From Promethearchaeota archaeon (lineage in GTDB: Archaea; Asgardarchaeota; Hermodarchaeia; Hermodarchaeales; Hermodarchaeaceae), in contig JBHLPR010000007.1 in NCBI GenBank assembly GCA_048939245.1, forward strand, positions 74 to 64,073: DNA of 64,000 nt, written 5' to 3'. Each line of letters opens with the position of its first letter. Position 1 is the first letter of the stretch. The translations under genes and the position numbers were made by a program. The notes under the pieces were generated by a model. That model saw only the letters and a list, made by a program, of their open reading frames with translations. It searched no databases and was not told the DNA's origin. Of the stretch, positions 27,984-37,063 are shown in pieces.

Positions 27984-28694
27984 ATGATGGAAAGAAGTCT
28001 AGCCTATGACCGTGCAATTACCATTTTCAGTCCAGAAGGTCGATTATACCAAGTTGAGTATGCGCTGGAAGCGGTTCGTCGGGGCAAGACCGCAATTGGT
28101 GTGAAAGCTGCCAATGGTGCAGTGATTGGGGTTCACAAAGAAGCCACCTCTCCCCTGATGGACTTAGAGCAAATCCAGAAAATCTACGTGGTAGACAAAC
28201 ATATTGGATGCGCTATTGCCGGCCTACATGCCGATGCTCGCGTTCTCGTAGATTTTGCGCGTGTTCAAAGTCAGATCAACCAAATCACCTACGGCGAACC
28301 AATCGATGTCGAAGTACTTACCAAAAAGGTCTGTGATCTAAAACAGAACTACACACAGGTTGGCGGCATTCGTCCCTTTGGGGTTTCCTTACTAATTGCA
28401 GGGGTTGACTCGCAGGGTCCCCAAATTTTTACCACCGATCCCTCTGGATCTTATTGGAGCTGGCGAGCTACAGCAATTGGTTATAACTCTGAAGCCGCTC
28501 GGGAATATTTAGCAAAACATTACAAGCCATCAATTAAGCTGATGCCTGCGGCAGTTAAACTCTGCATTGATACCCTGAGGCAAGTCGTAGAAGAAAAACT
28601 CGATGAAGAAGCCATGGAAATCTCGATTGTGGACACCGAGAAACGAGTATTTACTCCTCTAGCCAATGAAGAAATTCGTGACCTTCTCACCTAA
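27984..28694 (+). CDS. psmA: Proteasome alpha subunit
   Basis: Canonical N-terminus YDRAITIFSPEGRLYQVEYALEAV and alpha-subunit body. Confidence 0.92.
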   Translation: MMERSLAYDRAITIFSPEGRLYQVEYALEAVRRGKTAIGVKAANGAVIGVHKEATSPLMDLEQIQKIYVVDKHIGCAIAGLHADARVLVDFARVQSQINQITYGEPIDVEVLTKKVCDLKQNYTQVGGIRPFGVSLLIAGVDSQGPQIFTTDPSGSYWSWRATAIGYNSEAAREYLAKHYKPSIKLMPAAVKLCIDTLRQVVEEKLDEEAMEISIVDTEKRVFTPLANEEIRDLLT

Positions 28695-28756
28695 AGTTCT
28701 TCTTACTGAAATATTTACAACCTTTGAAAGAGATCCAACTTTAGGTTGAGATAATA

Positions 28757-29314
28757 TCAATCGTCTAAGTCCCAGTCATCCTCGTCGTCTTGTTTTTTAT
28801 CCTTCTTCTTTTTTCCTTTCATTTCTTGAATTTGAATTTCTAAAGGACGATCAATCCTTAATACTTGGTCTGCTGCGTTTTGCACAGCAACACTGAATCC
28901 GGGTTCAAATCCTATGGCTATGGTTTCAAGGCCGTGTTCTCGGGCACGCCGAAGAATTGGGGCGGTTCTGGCATGACGGCTGAATATTACCAAGAGCTTA
29001 GCGCTATCACCTAAGATTAGGTCCATCGCATCGATGGTCATATGTAGATGAACATCTGATGTGGTCACAACCGGTGTAAATCCGCTATTGGAGATGGCTT
29101 CCAATAATTTGGTACTTGCTCTTTCGTTTAAGTAGACCTTTGCCACGCCAATTTTTCCCAGAGCACCGATTTGGTCTTTGAGATCATCTAAGCGGATTGC
29201 AAATTCGCGACGAAGGACGTTAGGACCATCAATGAGAAATGCGACTCTGCCAGATCGGCGTAGCCTCGTGACTAATCGAACTAGACTTCTTATCCGGCCA
29301 GTGCGAGATGACAT
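28757..29314 (-). CDS. NYN-domain (LabA/TIGR00288-like) protein with Lys/Asp-rich tail
   Basis: AFLIDGPNVLRR followed by a PIN-like fold pattern. C-terminal KGKKKKDKKQDDEDDWDLDD. Confidence 0.7.
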   Translation of the reverse strand: MSSRTGRIRSLVRLVTRLRRSGRVAFLIDGPNVLRREFAIRLDDLKDQIGALGKIGVAKVYLNERASTKLLEAISNSGFTPVVTTSDVHLHMTIDAMDLILGDSAKLLVIFSRHARTAPILRRAREHGLETIAIGFEPGFSVAVQNAADQVLRIDRPLEIQIQEMKGKKKKDKKQDDEDDWDLDD

Positions 29315-29466
29315 TGGTGGTCCAACTCGGGGGTGAGTCAGTATTGTTTTTAAAGGTGTGTTATTGTTCTTTCCTCAATCCTCCTTGATATCCCTTAATT
29401 CTTTTGTTTAGATACGGAAAGTTTAACTGCCTGTCTTTGATGTAAACCAAAGCGGGGAAAATACCA

Positions 29467-30147
29467 ATGAAACAAGTCATCGCACAAGAAAAAGCATGGG
29501 AGATGATTCGTGGCGCAAAAAGTGCTGGTGGTCAAATCGTTTCAGCCACAATTCATATCCGTATTGCAGAAAGTACCAATCCGACAGATTTCCAGAAAAC
29601 AGTTAGCGCAATTTTAGGTGATGGCTTTACCCAACCACGAGGACGAGCAGTAATTGTTTGGGGCGAACAAGCTGCCGATATCAGCGATATTGCTAATCTT
29701 TGGTTATCTTACGGGGTTATCGAATCCTCAGAAATATTATCAACTTGCCGAAATTTAGCAGGGAAAGCAGGATTCGGTGAGATGGGAAAACTACGGTTGA
29801 CCTGTGTATTGGAGTTTTCCGAACGAAATCGCATGGTCACCCTTCATGACCTCGCTTATCCAGCAAAAGGGGGTGACGCAGTAGCCGATACCATTGCTTT
29901 ACGACCCTACAAAGCGGTTAGCGAAAAAGGCGAATATACATTTCGGACACTCCCTGAATTGAAAGAATTCCTCACTAAAGTCAAGGATGCCGAAACCCAT
30001 AAATTCGACGATAAAACAGGGAAATGGGTTCGCTGGATCGAGGTAGAACAAACCGAAGATAAACTCCTCGTCAACATTCCGAGCCAAAAAGGCTCCAAAA
30101 AACTCCAAATCGATCTTCAGACCGGCAAGGTTGAGGAAAAGAAATAA
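29467..30147 (+). CDS. Hypothetical soluble protein (226 aa)
   Basis: Clean ATG ORF with coding-like composition. No family recognised. Confidence 0.6.
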   Translation: MKQVIAQEKAWEMIRGAKSAGGQIVSATIHIRIAESTNPTDFQKTVSAILGDGFTQPRGRAVIVWGEQAADISDIANLWLSYGVIESSEILSTCRNLAGKAGFGEMGKLRLTCVLEFSERNRMVTLHDLAYPAKGGDAVADTIALRPYKAVSEKGEYTFRTLPELKEFLTKVKDAETHKFDDKTGKWVRWIEVEQTEDKLLVNIPSQKGSKKLQIDLQTGKVEEKK

Positions 30148-30249
30148 TTCCTGCTTCTCCTCTATTTTCCAAGGAGCAGGCTTATTAGACTCAAAGAACT
30201 AATGTCTACGCCCTAAGAACAAGCTATCAAAGAATTGAGGTCACCGTCT

Positions 30250-30915
30250 ATGTCAGATGAAGAAAAAACCGAATCGGAAGAAGAAAAGAAAATTGAAGAA
30301 AAACGCAACGTCGCCAAACAACTTGCCACCTCTTTCCCAAAATTCATCATCAATGGGTTAATCGCGTTAGGGATTGGGCTCTTCTACATTTTCGTAATTC
30401 CTCTCTTCATCGTACTTGATAGTTATCCCATACTCATTCTACCTACAGTCTGGGACCCTGCTGGAGTGATTATTCTATCTGGTTATTCTCTAATCCGGAT
30501 TGGCATCTTACTGGTTATTTTATTATTTGGCATCGAAGCCCTCCTGCAATTTGCACGATCCGCGGATGCATTCTCTGATTACATCATTAGCCGGCTACCT
30601 GGTATGCGGTCCACTGATCGTTATCATCCTCGACGCATTCCCCTGAATTTGATATACATCTTTATGGTATTAGCCGTCTACGTTATTGTATCACCCATCT
30701 TTATCACCGGTATCTTTCCCATTGAAGTCTTACAACCCTATTTTCAGGTTCTTGCCGTCGCCTTAGTTCTTTTCTTTGTCTTAGTCTTCATTTATGATTT
30801 GGCAAAATCCATTCAAAAATCAGCGAAACGGGGTATTGATAAGTTCGGTAAAAGACTTGCTCGTCGATACGAAGATGAGGAAAAAGAACCCGAAAAACTG
30901 GATTCAATGTATTAA
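30250..30915 (+). CDS. Hypothetical membrane protein with acidic N- and C-terminal tails
   Basis: ATG 30250 (MSDEEKTESEEEKK). About 5 hydrophobic helices, ending in EDEEKEPEKLDSMY. Confidence 0.6.
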   Translation: MSDEEKTESEEEKKIEEKRNVAKQLATSFPKFIINGLIALGIGLFYIFVIPLFIVLDSYPILILPTVWDPAGVIILSGYSLIRIGILLVILLFGIEALLQFARSADAFSDYIISRLPGMRSTDRYHPRRIPLNLIYIFMVLAVYVIVSPIFITGIFPIEVLQPYFQVLAVALVLFFVLVFIYDLAKSIQKSAKRGIDKFGKRLARRYEDEEKEPEKLDSMY

Positions 30916-30917
30916 TA

Positions 30918-31808
30918 TTAATTTGTAGGCTTAGCTGTGGCCTCGGTTGTGTTCGGTGAAATTTTTTTCGTTGTCTTTGGTATAGTCTCAGCAATTTCAG
31001 ATAGAATTTCTGCCGTTTTACGAAGCCCAGCTAATCGCATCACTTTTTCTGGTGGAGGATCCAGGCCAACAAGGATTTGCATATTCGAATTGATATTATT
31101 GGCTCGGACAAAAGACCAAAATTCTTCCAAGGCTTTGAGTTGTGGTTCAATAACTTCGGTGTACTCATCATCTTTAGGTTGAGGTAATTCAATGCGTAAA
31201 TACCAAGTATCCTGCATATCCTGGAGGATTTCACCTGATAACTCATGCATCTCCATTAAGAAAGTAAGTAACGGTTCAAGAGCCTCTCTCCGAACAATGT
31301 CACCGTCTGGGTCCAAGCTAACCACCCGTCGTTTCAAATCCACGATGAAAATCCCGTTTCCCACCGCGAAGTACCATCGATTTTCAAGTGCATATCCAAA
31401 GACCTTTTGTTTAGTAGCAGTTTCTAAGTACTTTTTGAAAGTCTCGAAGTTGGCTTCAGAATCATCTCGTTTAAATTCGATAAATCTGCGGAAGTATGTG
31501 AGTGGGTACCGTGGCTCGTGAGGGTGATCACGTTTAGCACCTGATTTTAAGTATGATTGCAGTGCACGCGTACTGACTTGAAAACAAAAAGAGGGTAAAT
31601 CACTGGTTCTGGCTCCCAGTGCGATGAGAATGTTTAAGAAAACGCGATCAGGACACATAGGTTTAATCGTACACCGCATACGATCACGCTGGCATTCTTT
31701 ACAAGTGGTTGCCATCTTCGTAAGGACTTGGGTGAGCATGAACCGACCCATGGTTGGATTCCCAAGTTCCTCCAACTGTTCAAATCGGTCCTGATATTTC
31801 ATGTACAC
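30918..31808 (-). CDS. Hypothetical protein with N-terminal Cys cluster
   Basis: 296-aa ORF with CKEC-x7-C-x6-C near the N-terminus. No family recognised. Confidence 0.6.
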   Translation of the reverse strand: MYMKYQDRFEQLEELGNPTMGRFMLTQVLTKMATTCKECQRDRMRCTIKPMCPDRVFLNILIALGARTSDLPSFCFQVSTRALQSYLKSGAKRDHPHEPRYPLTYFRRFIEFKRDDSEANFETFKKYLETATKQKVFGYALENRWYFAVGNGIFIVDLKRRVVSLDPDGDIVRREALEPLLTFLMEMHELSGEILQDMQDTWYLRIELPQPKDDEYTEVIEPQLKALEEFWSFVRANNINSNMQILVGLDPPPEKVMRLAGLRKTAEILSEIAETIPKTTKKISPNTTEATAKPTN

Positions 31809-32071
31809 CCTATGTCACCAAACGTTACCCAATGAAATTCTACTCTTCACTCTTTATTTGCAGATAAATTCTATTAGACAGGCTCTACAAACGCTTTAGC
31901 GCTTCTAAACCTTTCGGTGTCTAAATGCACCATTTGATTTCCATTACTGCCTTATTCGTTGGTGAATTGGCGAATTTAGTTTTTTTTCTCAAGATGAGCA
32001 AAGCATAAAAGACTTAACGCTCTCCATCGAAGCGAATTTCACACATACAATATCTCGGGGTGTACATTTTC

Positions 32072-32641
32072 ATGACGGAACGAATCATTGACCTTCGTTT
32101 TCATGGCCGAGGAGGCCAAGGTGCCTGGACCGCTTCAATCCTCCTAGCTCGAGCTGCAATCTTTGAAGGTAAACACGCGCAATCTTTCCCCTTTTTCGGA
32201 CCCGAAAGAAGCGGAGCACCAGTAGAAGCCTTTGCACGCATCAGTACCAAAGAAATCGAACTTCATAGTAAAGTGTATGAGCCAGACTATGTCGTGGTCA
32301 TCGATCCTTCGCTTCTCGACCAAGTACCAGACACCATTATCGCGGGAACCAACAAAAAAACGAAACTCATTGTTAATACCCGTGAAGACGGAGGCACTAT
32401 ATCTAAAAAACTAGGATTCAAAGGAGAAGTCTGGACAATAGCAGCCACGGATTTAGCCCGAGAAATCCTTGGGCGCCCAATCGCAAACACCGCCATGTTA
32501 GGCGCATTAATTCGAGCGACTAATTTAGTGAAGCTTGACAGCTTATTTACCGAGGTCACCAATCAATTTGGCGACCGAATCGGAGAGAGAAACGCCACCA
32601 TTATTAAACGCGCCCATGATGAGGTGAAGAAACATGCCTAA
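32072..32641 (+). CDS. porG: 2-oxoacid:ferredoxin oxidoreductase gamma subunit (POR/VOR type)
   Basis: FHGRGGQGAWTAS motif. First gene of a gamma-delta-alpha-beta operon. Substrate (pyruvate or another 2-oxoacid) is not determinable. Confidence 0.85.
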   Translation: MTERIIDLRFHGRGGQGAWTASILLARAAIFEGKHAQSFPFFGPERSGAPVEAFARISTKEIELHSKVYEPDYVVVIDPSLLDQVPDTIIAGTNKKTKLIVNTREDGGTISKKLGFKGEVWTIAATDLAREILGRPIANTAMLGALIRATNLVKLDSLFTEVTNQFGDRIGERNATIIKRAHDEVKKHA

Positions 32642-32909
32642 GAAAAAACTCCCTGGATCCAAAGACATTCCCCCTGCCGGGGTCACCTGGAAACCCGCTA
32701 CCGACTATAAAACCGGAGATTGGCGCAGTAAACATCCAGTCCGTGATAAAGAAAAATGCACCCGCTGTCTTACCTGCTGGATTTTCTGTCCTGATGCCGC
32801 CATCACTTGGGACGGAGAAGACATTCATTTTGACCTAAATTATTGCAAAGGCTGTGGCATCTGCGCCGAAGAATGCCCTGTCAACTGCATCGAAATGGAG
32901 GATGAGTGA
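32634..32909 (+). CDS. porD: 2-oxoacid:ferredoxin oxidoreductase delta subunit (2x[4Fe-4S] ferredoxin)
   Basis: Two CxxCxxCxxxCP motifs (CTRCLTCWIFCP, CKGCGICAEECP). Overlaps the gamma stop by 8 nt. Confidence 0.85.
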   Translation: MPKKKLPGSKDIPPAGVTWKPATDYKTGDWRSKHPVRDKEKCTRCLTCWIFCPDAAITWDGEDIHFDLNYCKGCGICAEECPVNCIEMEDE

Positions 32910-32915
32910 ACCCAA

Positions 32916-34142
32916 ATGCCCGCTAAACAAACCCTCATGGGTATCAATGGCGACGAAGCAGTCGCCTATGCAGCTAAACACGCGCTCGTCGACGTGTGCG
33001 CCGCCTATCCCATTACCCCCCAGACTATTATCGTCGAAAAATTCGCCGAATTTGTTGCCAATGGCGAAGTGGAAACCGAATTCGTCCGAGTTGAATCTGA
33101 ACACAGTGCCCTCAGTGCCTGTCTTGGGGCCTCTGCCGCAGGCGCCCGCACCTTTACCGCCAGTGCCGCAAACGGGATCGAACTCATGCACGAAGTCATC
33201 TTCCTCACCTCCTCAATCCGTCAACCCGTCGTCATGGCCGTCGCTGACCGTTCACCCAGCGGCCCAATCAACATTCACGGCGACCAAACAGTCTCCCTTG
33301 CCCAACGCGACACCGGCTGGATCATGATGTACTGCGAAAACTCCCAAGAAGCCTACGACTCCACCCTCCAAGCCTTCCGCATCGGCGAACATCCCGACGT
33401 ACAACTACCCGTCATGACCATGCTGGACGGCTTTGTCCTCACCCACACCCTCGAGAACGTCTATCTCCTCGACGAAGTCGATGCCCACAAATTCGTCGGA
33501 CGCCGACAACCTATGATGATGACCATCGACGGGAAAAAAGTCCCCCTCAAATTAGACCCTAAGACCCCAATCACCATCGGGCCACTACAGCTTTTTGATT
33601 ATTACATGGAATCCAAGCTTCAACACAGCGAAGCCATGGAAAAAGCCCGTCCCGTTGTTACCCAAATCAACAACGAATGGGCGCAACTCACCGGACGCAA
33701 ATACGGTGATGGCTACCTCCAACCCTTCAAAGTCAAGGACGCAGATGCTGTTATTCTCACCAGCGGTAGCTCCGCAGGCACTGCCCGATTCGTCACCCGC
33801 CAACTTCGTGCCCAAGGCAAAAAGGTCGGACTCCTCAAACTCCGCACTTTCCGCCCTTTCCCCGATAAGAAACTGGTCAAACTCCTCGCGGACGTCCCCG
33901 TCGTCGGAATTTTTGAGCGCACCCACACGACAGGAAGCCTTGGCGGTCCAATATTCAATGAGGTGCGTAGTGCCCTCTACGACCACGACACCCGTCCTAC
34001 CATCCTCGGCTACTATGGCGGACTCGGTGGACGCGACGTCACCCCCGATCACTTCCACGCCATCTATAAAGAACTACTCAAAATCAAGGAAACGGGCAAA
34101 GCCCCGCGCAATCCCATCAAATACATCACCGTAAGGAAATAA
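32916..34142 (+). CDS. porA: 2-oxoacid:ferredoxin oxidoreductase alpha subunit
   Basis: Blocks GDEAVAYAAKHA, YPITPQT, ESEHSALSAC and GLLKLRTFRPFP are typical of POR alpha. Confidence 0.9.
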   Translation: MPAKQTLMGINGDEAVAYAAKHALVDVCAAYPITPQTIIVEKFAEFVANGEVETEFVRVESEHSALSACLGASAAGARTFTASAANGIELMHEVIFLTSSIRQPVVMAVADRSPSGPINIHGDQTVSLAQRDTGWIMMYCENSQEAYDSTLQAFRIGEHPDVQLPVMTMLDGFVLTHTLENVYLLDEVDAHKFVGRRQPMMMTIDGKKVPLKLDPKTPITIGPLQLFDYYMESKLQHSEAMEKARPVVTQINNEWAQLTGRKYGDGYLQPFKVKDADAVILTSGSSAGTARFVTRQLRAQGKKVGLLKLRTFRPFPDKKLVKLLADVPVVGIFERTHTTGSLGGPIFNEVRSALYDHDTRPTILGYYGGLGGRDVTPDHFHAIYKELLKIKETGKAPRNPIKYITVRK

Positions 34143-34158
34143 CCTGGAGGAAAAGAAC

Positions 34159-35142
34159 ATGACTCAAGAAACCCCCAAATGGCGAGCCCGCTTAAAAGAC
34201 CTAGCTGAACAAGAAGAACTCTTCACCAGTGGCCAACGTCTCTGCGCTGGCTGTCCTGCCGGCTCCATGGCCCGGATGGCCATGCATGCCCTTCCCCGAC
34301 CCAAAAATACAATCGTCAGCCAAGCCACGGGCTGCCTCGAAGTTGCCTCCACCATCTACCCCTACAGCGCCTGGCGTGTCCCCTGGATGCACAGCCTTTT
34401 CGAAAATGCGCCCGCCAACGCAAGCGGCATCGAAGCCGCCTACAAAGCCCGCAAACGCCAAGGTCTCGAAGACGATGTTCCCGATCTCCTCATATTCACT
34501 GGAGACGGCAGCGGATTTGACATCGGCGTCCAAGCCGCCAGTGGCGCCATAGAACGCCGACACAATTTCCTCTACATCATCTATGACAACCAAGCGTACC
34601 AAAACACTGGAATACAACGTTCTGGAGCAACGCCGAAGTATGCGTGGACAACGACGAGTCAGGTTGGAACTGCGGTACCAGGGAAACCAATTTGGAAGAA
34701 ACCCATTGCATTAGTCTACGCCGCCCATGATCCCGCATATTGTGCAACAGCGTCCGTATATCATTGGCGTGACTTCATGATGAAGGTACGCAAAGGGATG
34801 GAAAAGCAGGGACCAGCCGTAATTGTTGTCCTGAGTCCGTGCCATCGCAACTGGCGGTATCCCGAAGAACTCGGGATGAAGATGGCAAAACTCGCGGTGG
34901 AAACCTGTTTTCACCCACTATGGGAATACGATGGAGAAACCCGCACCTATTCTATGTCCTCACCAAGTCTACGGTATGTGAAGGATCCGTCGAAGAAGAA
35001 GCCCATCGAAGAATGGTTAGAACCTCAGGGTCGGTTCCGACACTTATTCCGCCCGAAGCGCCGTGACGATTTCATTAACGATTTCCAGAATCTCGTAGAT
35101 GAGGATTGGGCATTTATCCAGAAGCTTACAAAGATGGGCTGA
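34159..35142 (+). CDS. porB: 2-oxoacid:ferredoxin oxidoreductase beta subunit (TPP-binding)
   Basis: CAGCP Cys motif, TPP motif GDGSGFDIG...YDNQAYQNTG, and C-terminal SPCHRNW. Confidence 0.9.
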   Translation: MTQETPKWRARLKDLAEQEELFTSGQRLCAGCPAGSMARMAMHALPRPKNTIVSQATGCLEVASTIYPYSAWRVPWMHSLFENAPANASGIEAAYKARKRQGLEDDVPDLLIFTGDGSGFDIGVQAASGAIERRHNFLYIIYDNQAYQNTGIQRSGATPKYAWTTTSQVGTAVPGKPIWKKPIALVYAAHDPAYCATASVYHWRDFMMKVRKGMEKQGPAVIVVLSPCHRNWRYPEELGMKMAKLAVETCFHPLWEYDGETRTYSMSSPSLRYVKDPSKKKPIEEWLEPQGRFRHLFRPKRRDDFINDFQNLVDEDWAFIQKLTKMG

Positions 35143-35184
35143 TTCTATCTGGGTGGAATTGAGTAGTTTGACTTGCATATCAAA

Positions 35185-35499
35185 TTAGCTCATCCTTTGT
35201 CTCAATATCACAAAAGTGATAACAATTAGTGTTACAACGATGACTGCAACTACTATTATGATAGCTAGTGGTGGGATGATGGGTGTTGGTGGCGGAACAA
35301 TGTATTTGGGTTGCCAAAGGAAGGAGCTGGTCCACCAAGGGCGTGCGGGTGGGTCTGTTAGAAGAAGTGCGTTCCATTTGTCGTTGGTAGTTCGTTTGAT
35401 TGAATTCATAGTAGCTGAAGACATAGCCTCCATAGATGAGTGGTTCGTCACCTGGAGCTTCAAAGATGATGAAGAGCTTGTTGAAGAGGTTTTGCTCAA
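35185..35499 (-). CDS. Possible small C-terminally anchored membrane protein (start uncertain)
   Basis: The C-terminus PPPTPIIPPLAIIIVVAVIVVTLIVITFVILRQRMS resembles the Pro-stalk plus TM anchors of neighbouring proteins. The N-terminal third is Ser-rich low complexity, and an antisense ORF (35216-35518) competes with it. Confidence 0.3.
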   Translation of the reverse strand: MSKTSSTSSSSSLKLQVTNHSSMEAMSSATMNSIKRTTNDKWNALLLTDPPARPWWTSSFLWQPKYIVPPPTPIIPPLAIIIVVAVIVVTLIVITFVILRQRMS

Positions 35500-35558
35500 A
35501 GATGGACCATCAATATAAATAAGAAGTGGTTTAAATAGAATGTTAAGAGGGCTAGTCA

Positions 35559-36311
35559 GTGAAAGGGCATCGCCAACGGCTCATTTTTTTTAGTGCTCTG
35601 GTCTTTTGTATGTTTTTCTCTCTGCTAATGCCGGCGATGGCTCAGCCTGACCTTGATCCTAATGTGACTTTGAGATATCGGCATCTATGGCCGGGTTGGA
35701 AAAGTGATTATTACGTTGAATTGGAAGCGGGTCGCTGGACAATATTGGTTGAAAGTGATCAATTCTGGGGATTAGAGGTAAAAATCACCGTATCATTGTA
35801 TAGTGACTTTCATACTGTTCTTATTGACAGTGGCGAAGGTAATGGAAATTACCCGGTAGTGAGTTTTCTTCTGAATTCCAGTGACACGGTGTATATTCGT
35901 GTCAGTGAAAATGCTGATGGGGGCTCCTCAGGATTCTTTGACGTAGGGGTGTACGATGATTTCCATCTGCTCATACGCCCTTTCACTAACCCCTTTCTAA
36001 TGATTACAATCTTCATAATTATAATGGTGCTTGTCTTTTTCGTGATATTCAGCTTGGTCTGTTTTTTTAGTATAAAATCTCGGCGGAACCTCGAACATAT
36101 CTCGAAGGAGAGCGTATATGATGTTACCCAGCTGCCTCGTCAGACGCGGCGGATTCTCCGGGAGCAACTGCCACCTACTTGCCCCAATTGCGGTGGGAAA
36201 CTACGATATGGCTCTGTCAAATGGGTAGGTCCCCATACGGCTGAGTGTCCTTATTGTGGTCAATCAGTACCTTTAGAGCTAATTGATATAGAAATCAACG
36301 AAGCCGAATAG
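35559..36311 (+). CDS. Membrane protein: signal peptide, PPC-like beta-sandwich ectodomain, TM helix, cytoplasmic zinc ribbon
   Basis: GTG start. Hydrophobic leader ending in AMAQP. Ectodomain pattern YYVELEAGRWTILVE...DTVYIRV...FFDVGVYDD. TM helix, then C-terminal CPNCG-x17-CPYCG. Confidence 0.6.
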   Translation: MKGHRQRLIFFSALVFCMFFSLLMPAMAQPDLDPNVTLRYRHLWPGWKSDYYVELEAGRWTILVESDQFWGLEVKITVSLYSDFHTVLIDSGEGNGNYPVVSFLLNSSDTVYIRVSENADGGSSGFFDVGVYDDFHLLIRPFTNPFLMITIFIIIMVLVFFVIFSLVCFFSIKSRRNLEHISKESVYDVTQLPRQTRRILREQLPPTCPNCGGKLRYGSVKWVGPHTAECPYCGQSVPLELIDIEINEAE

Positions 36312-36360
36312 ATCGCTATAAGTTTTCACTGAGAATGGCAGATCACGGCTGCTCTAGCTT

Positions 36361-36843
36361 TTATAAGGGGATTTGCGCTAGCCGGAACTCGATGTAATAG
36401 TGACTCATGAATCCTGGGAAAATGGTGGGTGAGAGGTCGGGTGTGGCACTAATGTACTGGTTGTGGTATCGATTCCATATTGTGTCGTTTTCAACAAATT
36501 CTAGGGCGATTGGATAGCCATCGATGGCTAGGGTAATATTCTGTTCTGAAATTTGGAATCCGACGATATTATAACTCCATTTCAACAATACGTCATTGCA
36601 CATATATTCCGGCTCGGGTGTGACGACGAGTTGTCCGGAATTTCCTTTGAGGAATAGAGTAACATTCCACTGCATGGCCATTTCAAACCCGCCATGGTGC
36701 TCTCCTGAATCGTTGAAGTAAAGGGTGCCTGTCATTATTAGGCTAGGCTGGTTAACATAGATTAAGGTCCCCGCTGCAATAAGACTTGTAATGAACACTA
36801 CGATAGAAACTAACCCAACTACTATTTTTGTTCTTCTTTCCAT
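36361..36843 (-). CDS. Hypothetical N-terminally anchored extracytoplasmic protein
   Basis: ATG 36843 (MERRTKIVVGLVSIVVFITSLIAAG). A single TM helix, then a beta-rich domain. No family recognised. Confidence 0.55.
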   Translation of the reverse strand: MERRTKIVVGLVSIVVFITSLIAAGTLIYVNQPSLIMTGTLYFNDSGEHHGGFEMAMQWNVTLFLKGNSGQLVVTPEPEYMCNDVLLKWSYNIVGFQISEQNITLAIDGYPIALEFVENDTIWNRYHNQYISATPDLSPTIFPGFMSHYYIEFRLAQIPL

Positions 36844-37063
36844 TGGCACCCTACATCCAATGTACCCTAGTAGCATTTTGTAGAAGGGCTTGCGTTGTAT
36901 AATATTCTAAGGATTAGAACAATCGGAACTCGATGTTCAAGAATGCAGAACGAGAAGTGATTTCTATTTGGTTTTCTCCGAATAGGAGACAATAATTAGT
37001 GTTCTAGTATACACCAGTGGATATTATAGTCGGGGACACTTCATTGACTTGTGGAGGTGTAGC

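Noticed and set aside
32835-34617. Many long ORFs in alternative frames and on the opposite strand of the por genes (for example 32854-33327, 33585-34058, 33595-34134, 34201-34617)
   Set aside because: They are Pro/Ser/Ala/Arg-rich low-complexity translations. They are explained by the C-rich, stop-poor composition of a region already fully accounted for by well-conserved PorD/A/B sequences.
35216-35518. Plus-strand 100-aa ORF between porB and the next gene
   Set aside because: Its N-terminal half is the antisense image of a hydrophobic TM segment on the other strand. Neither strand is convincing; the minus-strand ORF is listed at low confidence and this one is not.
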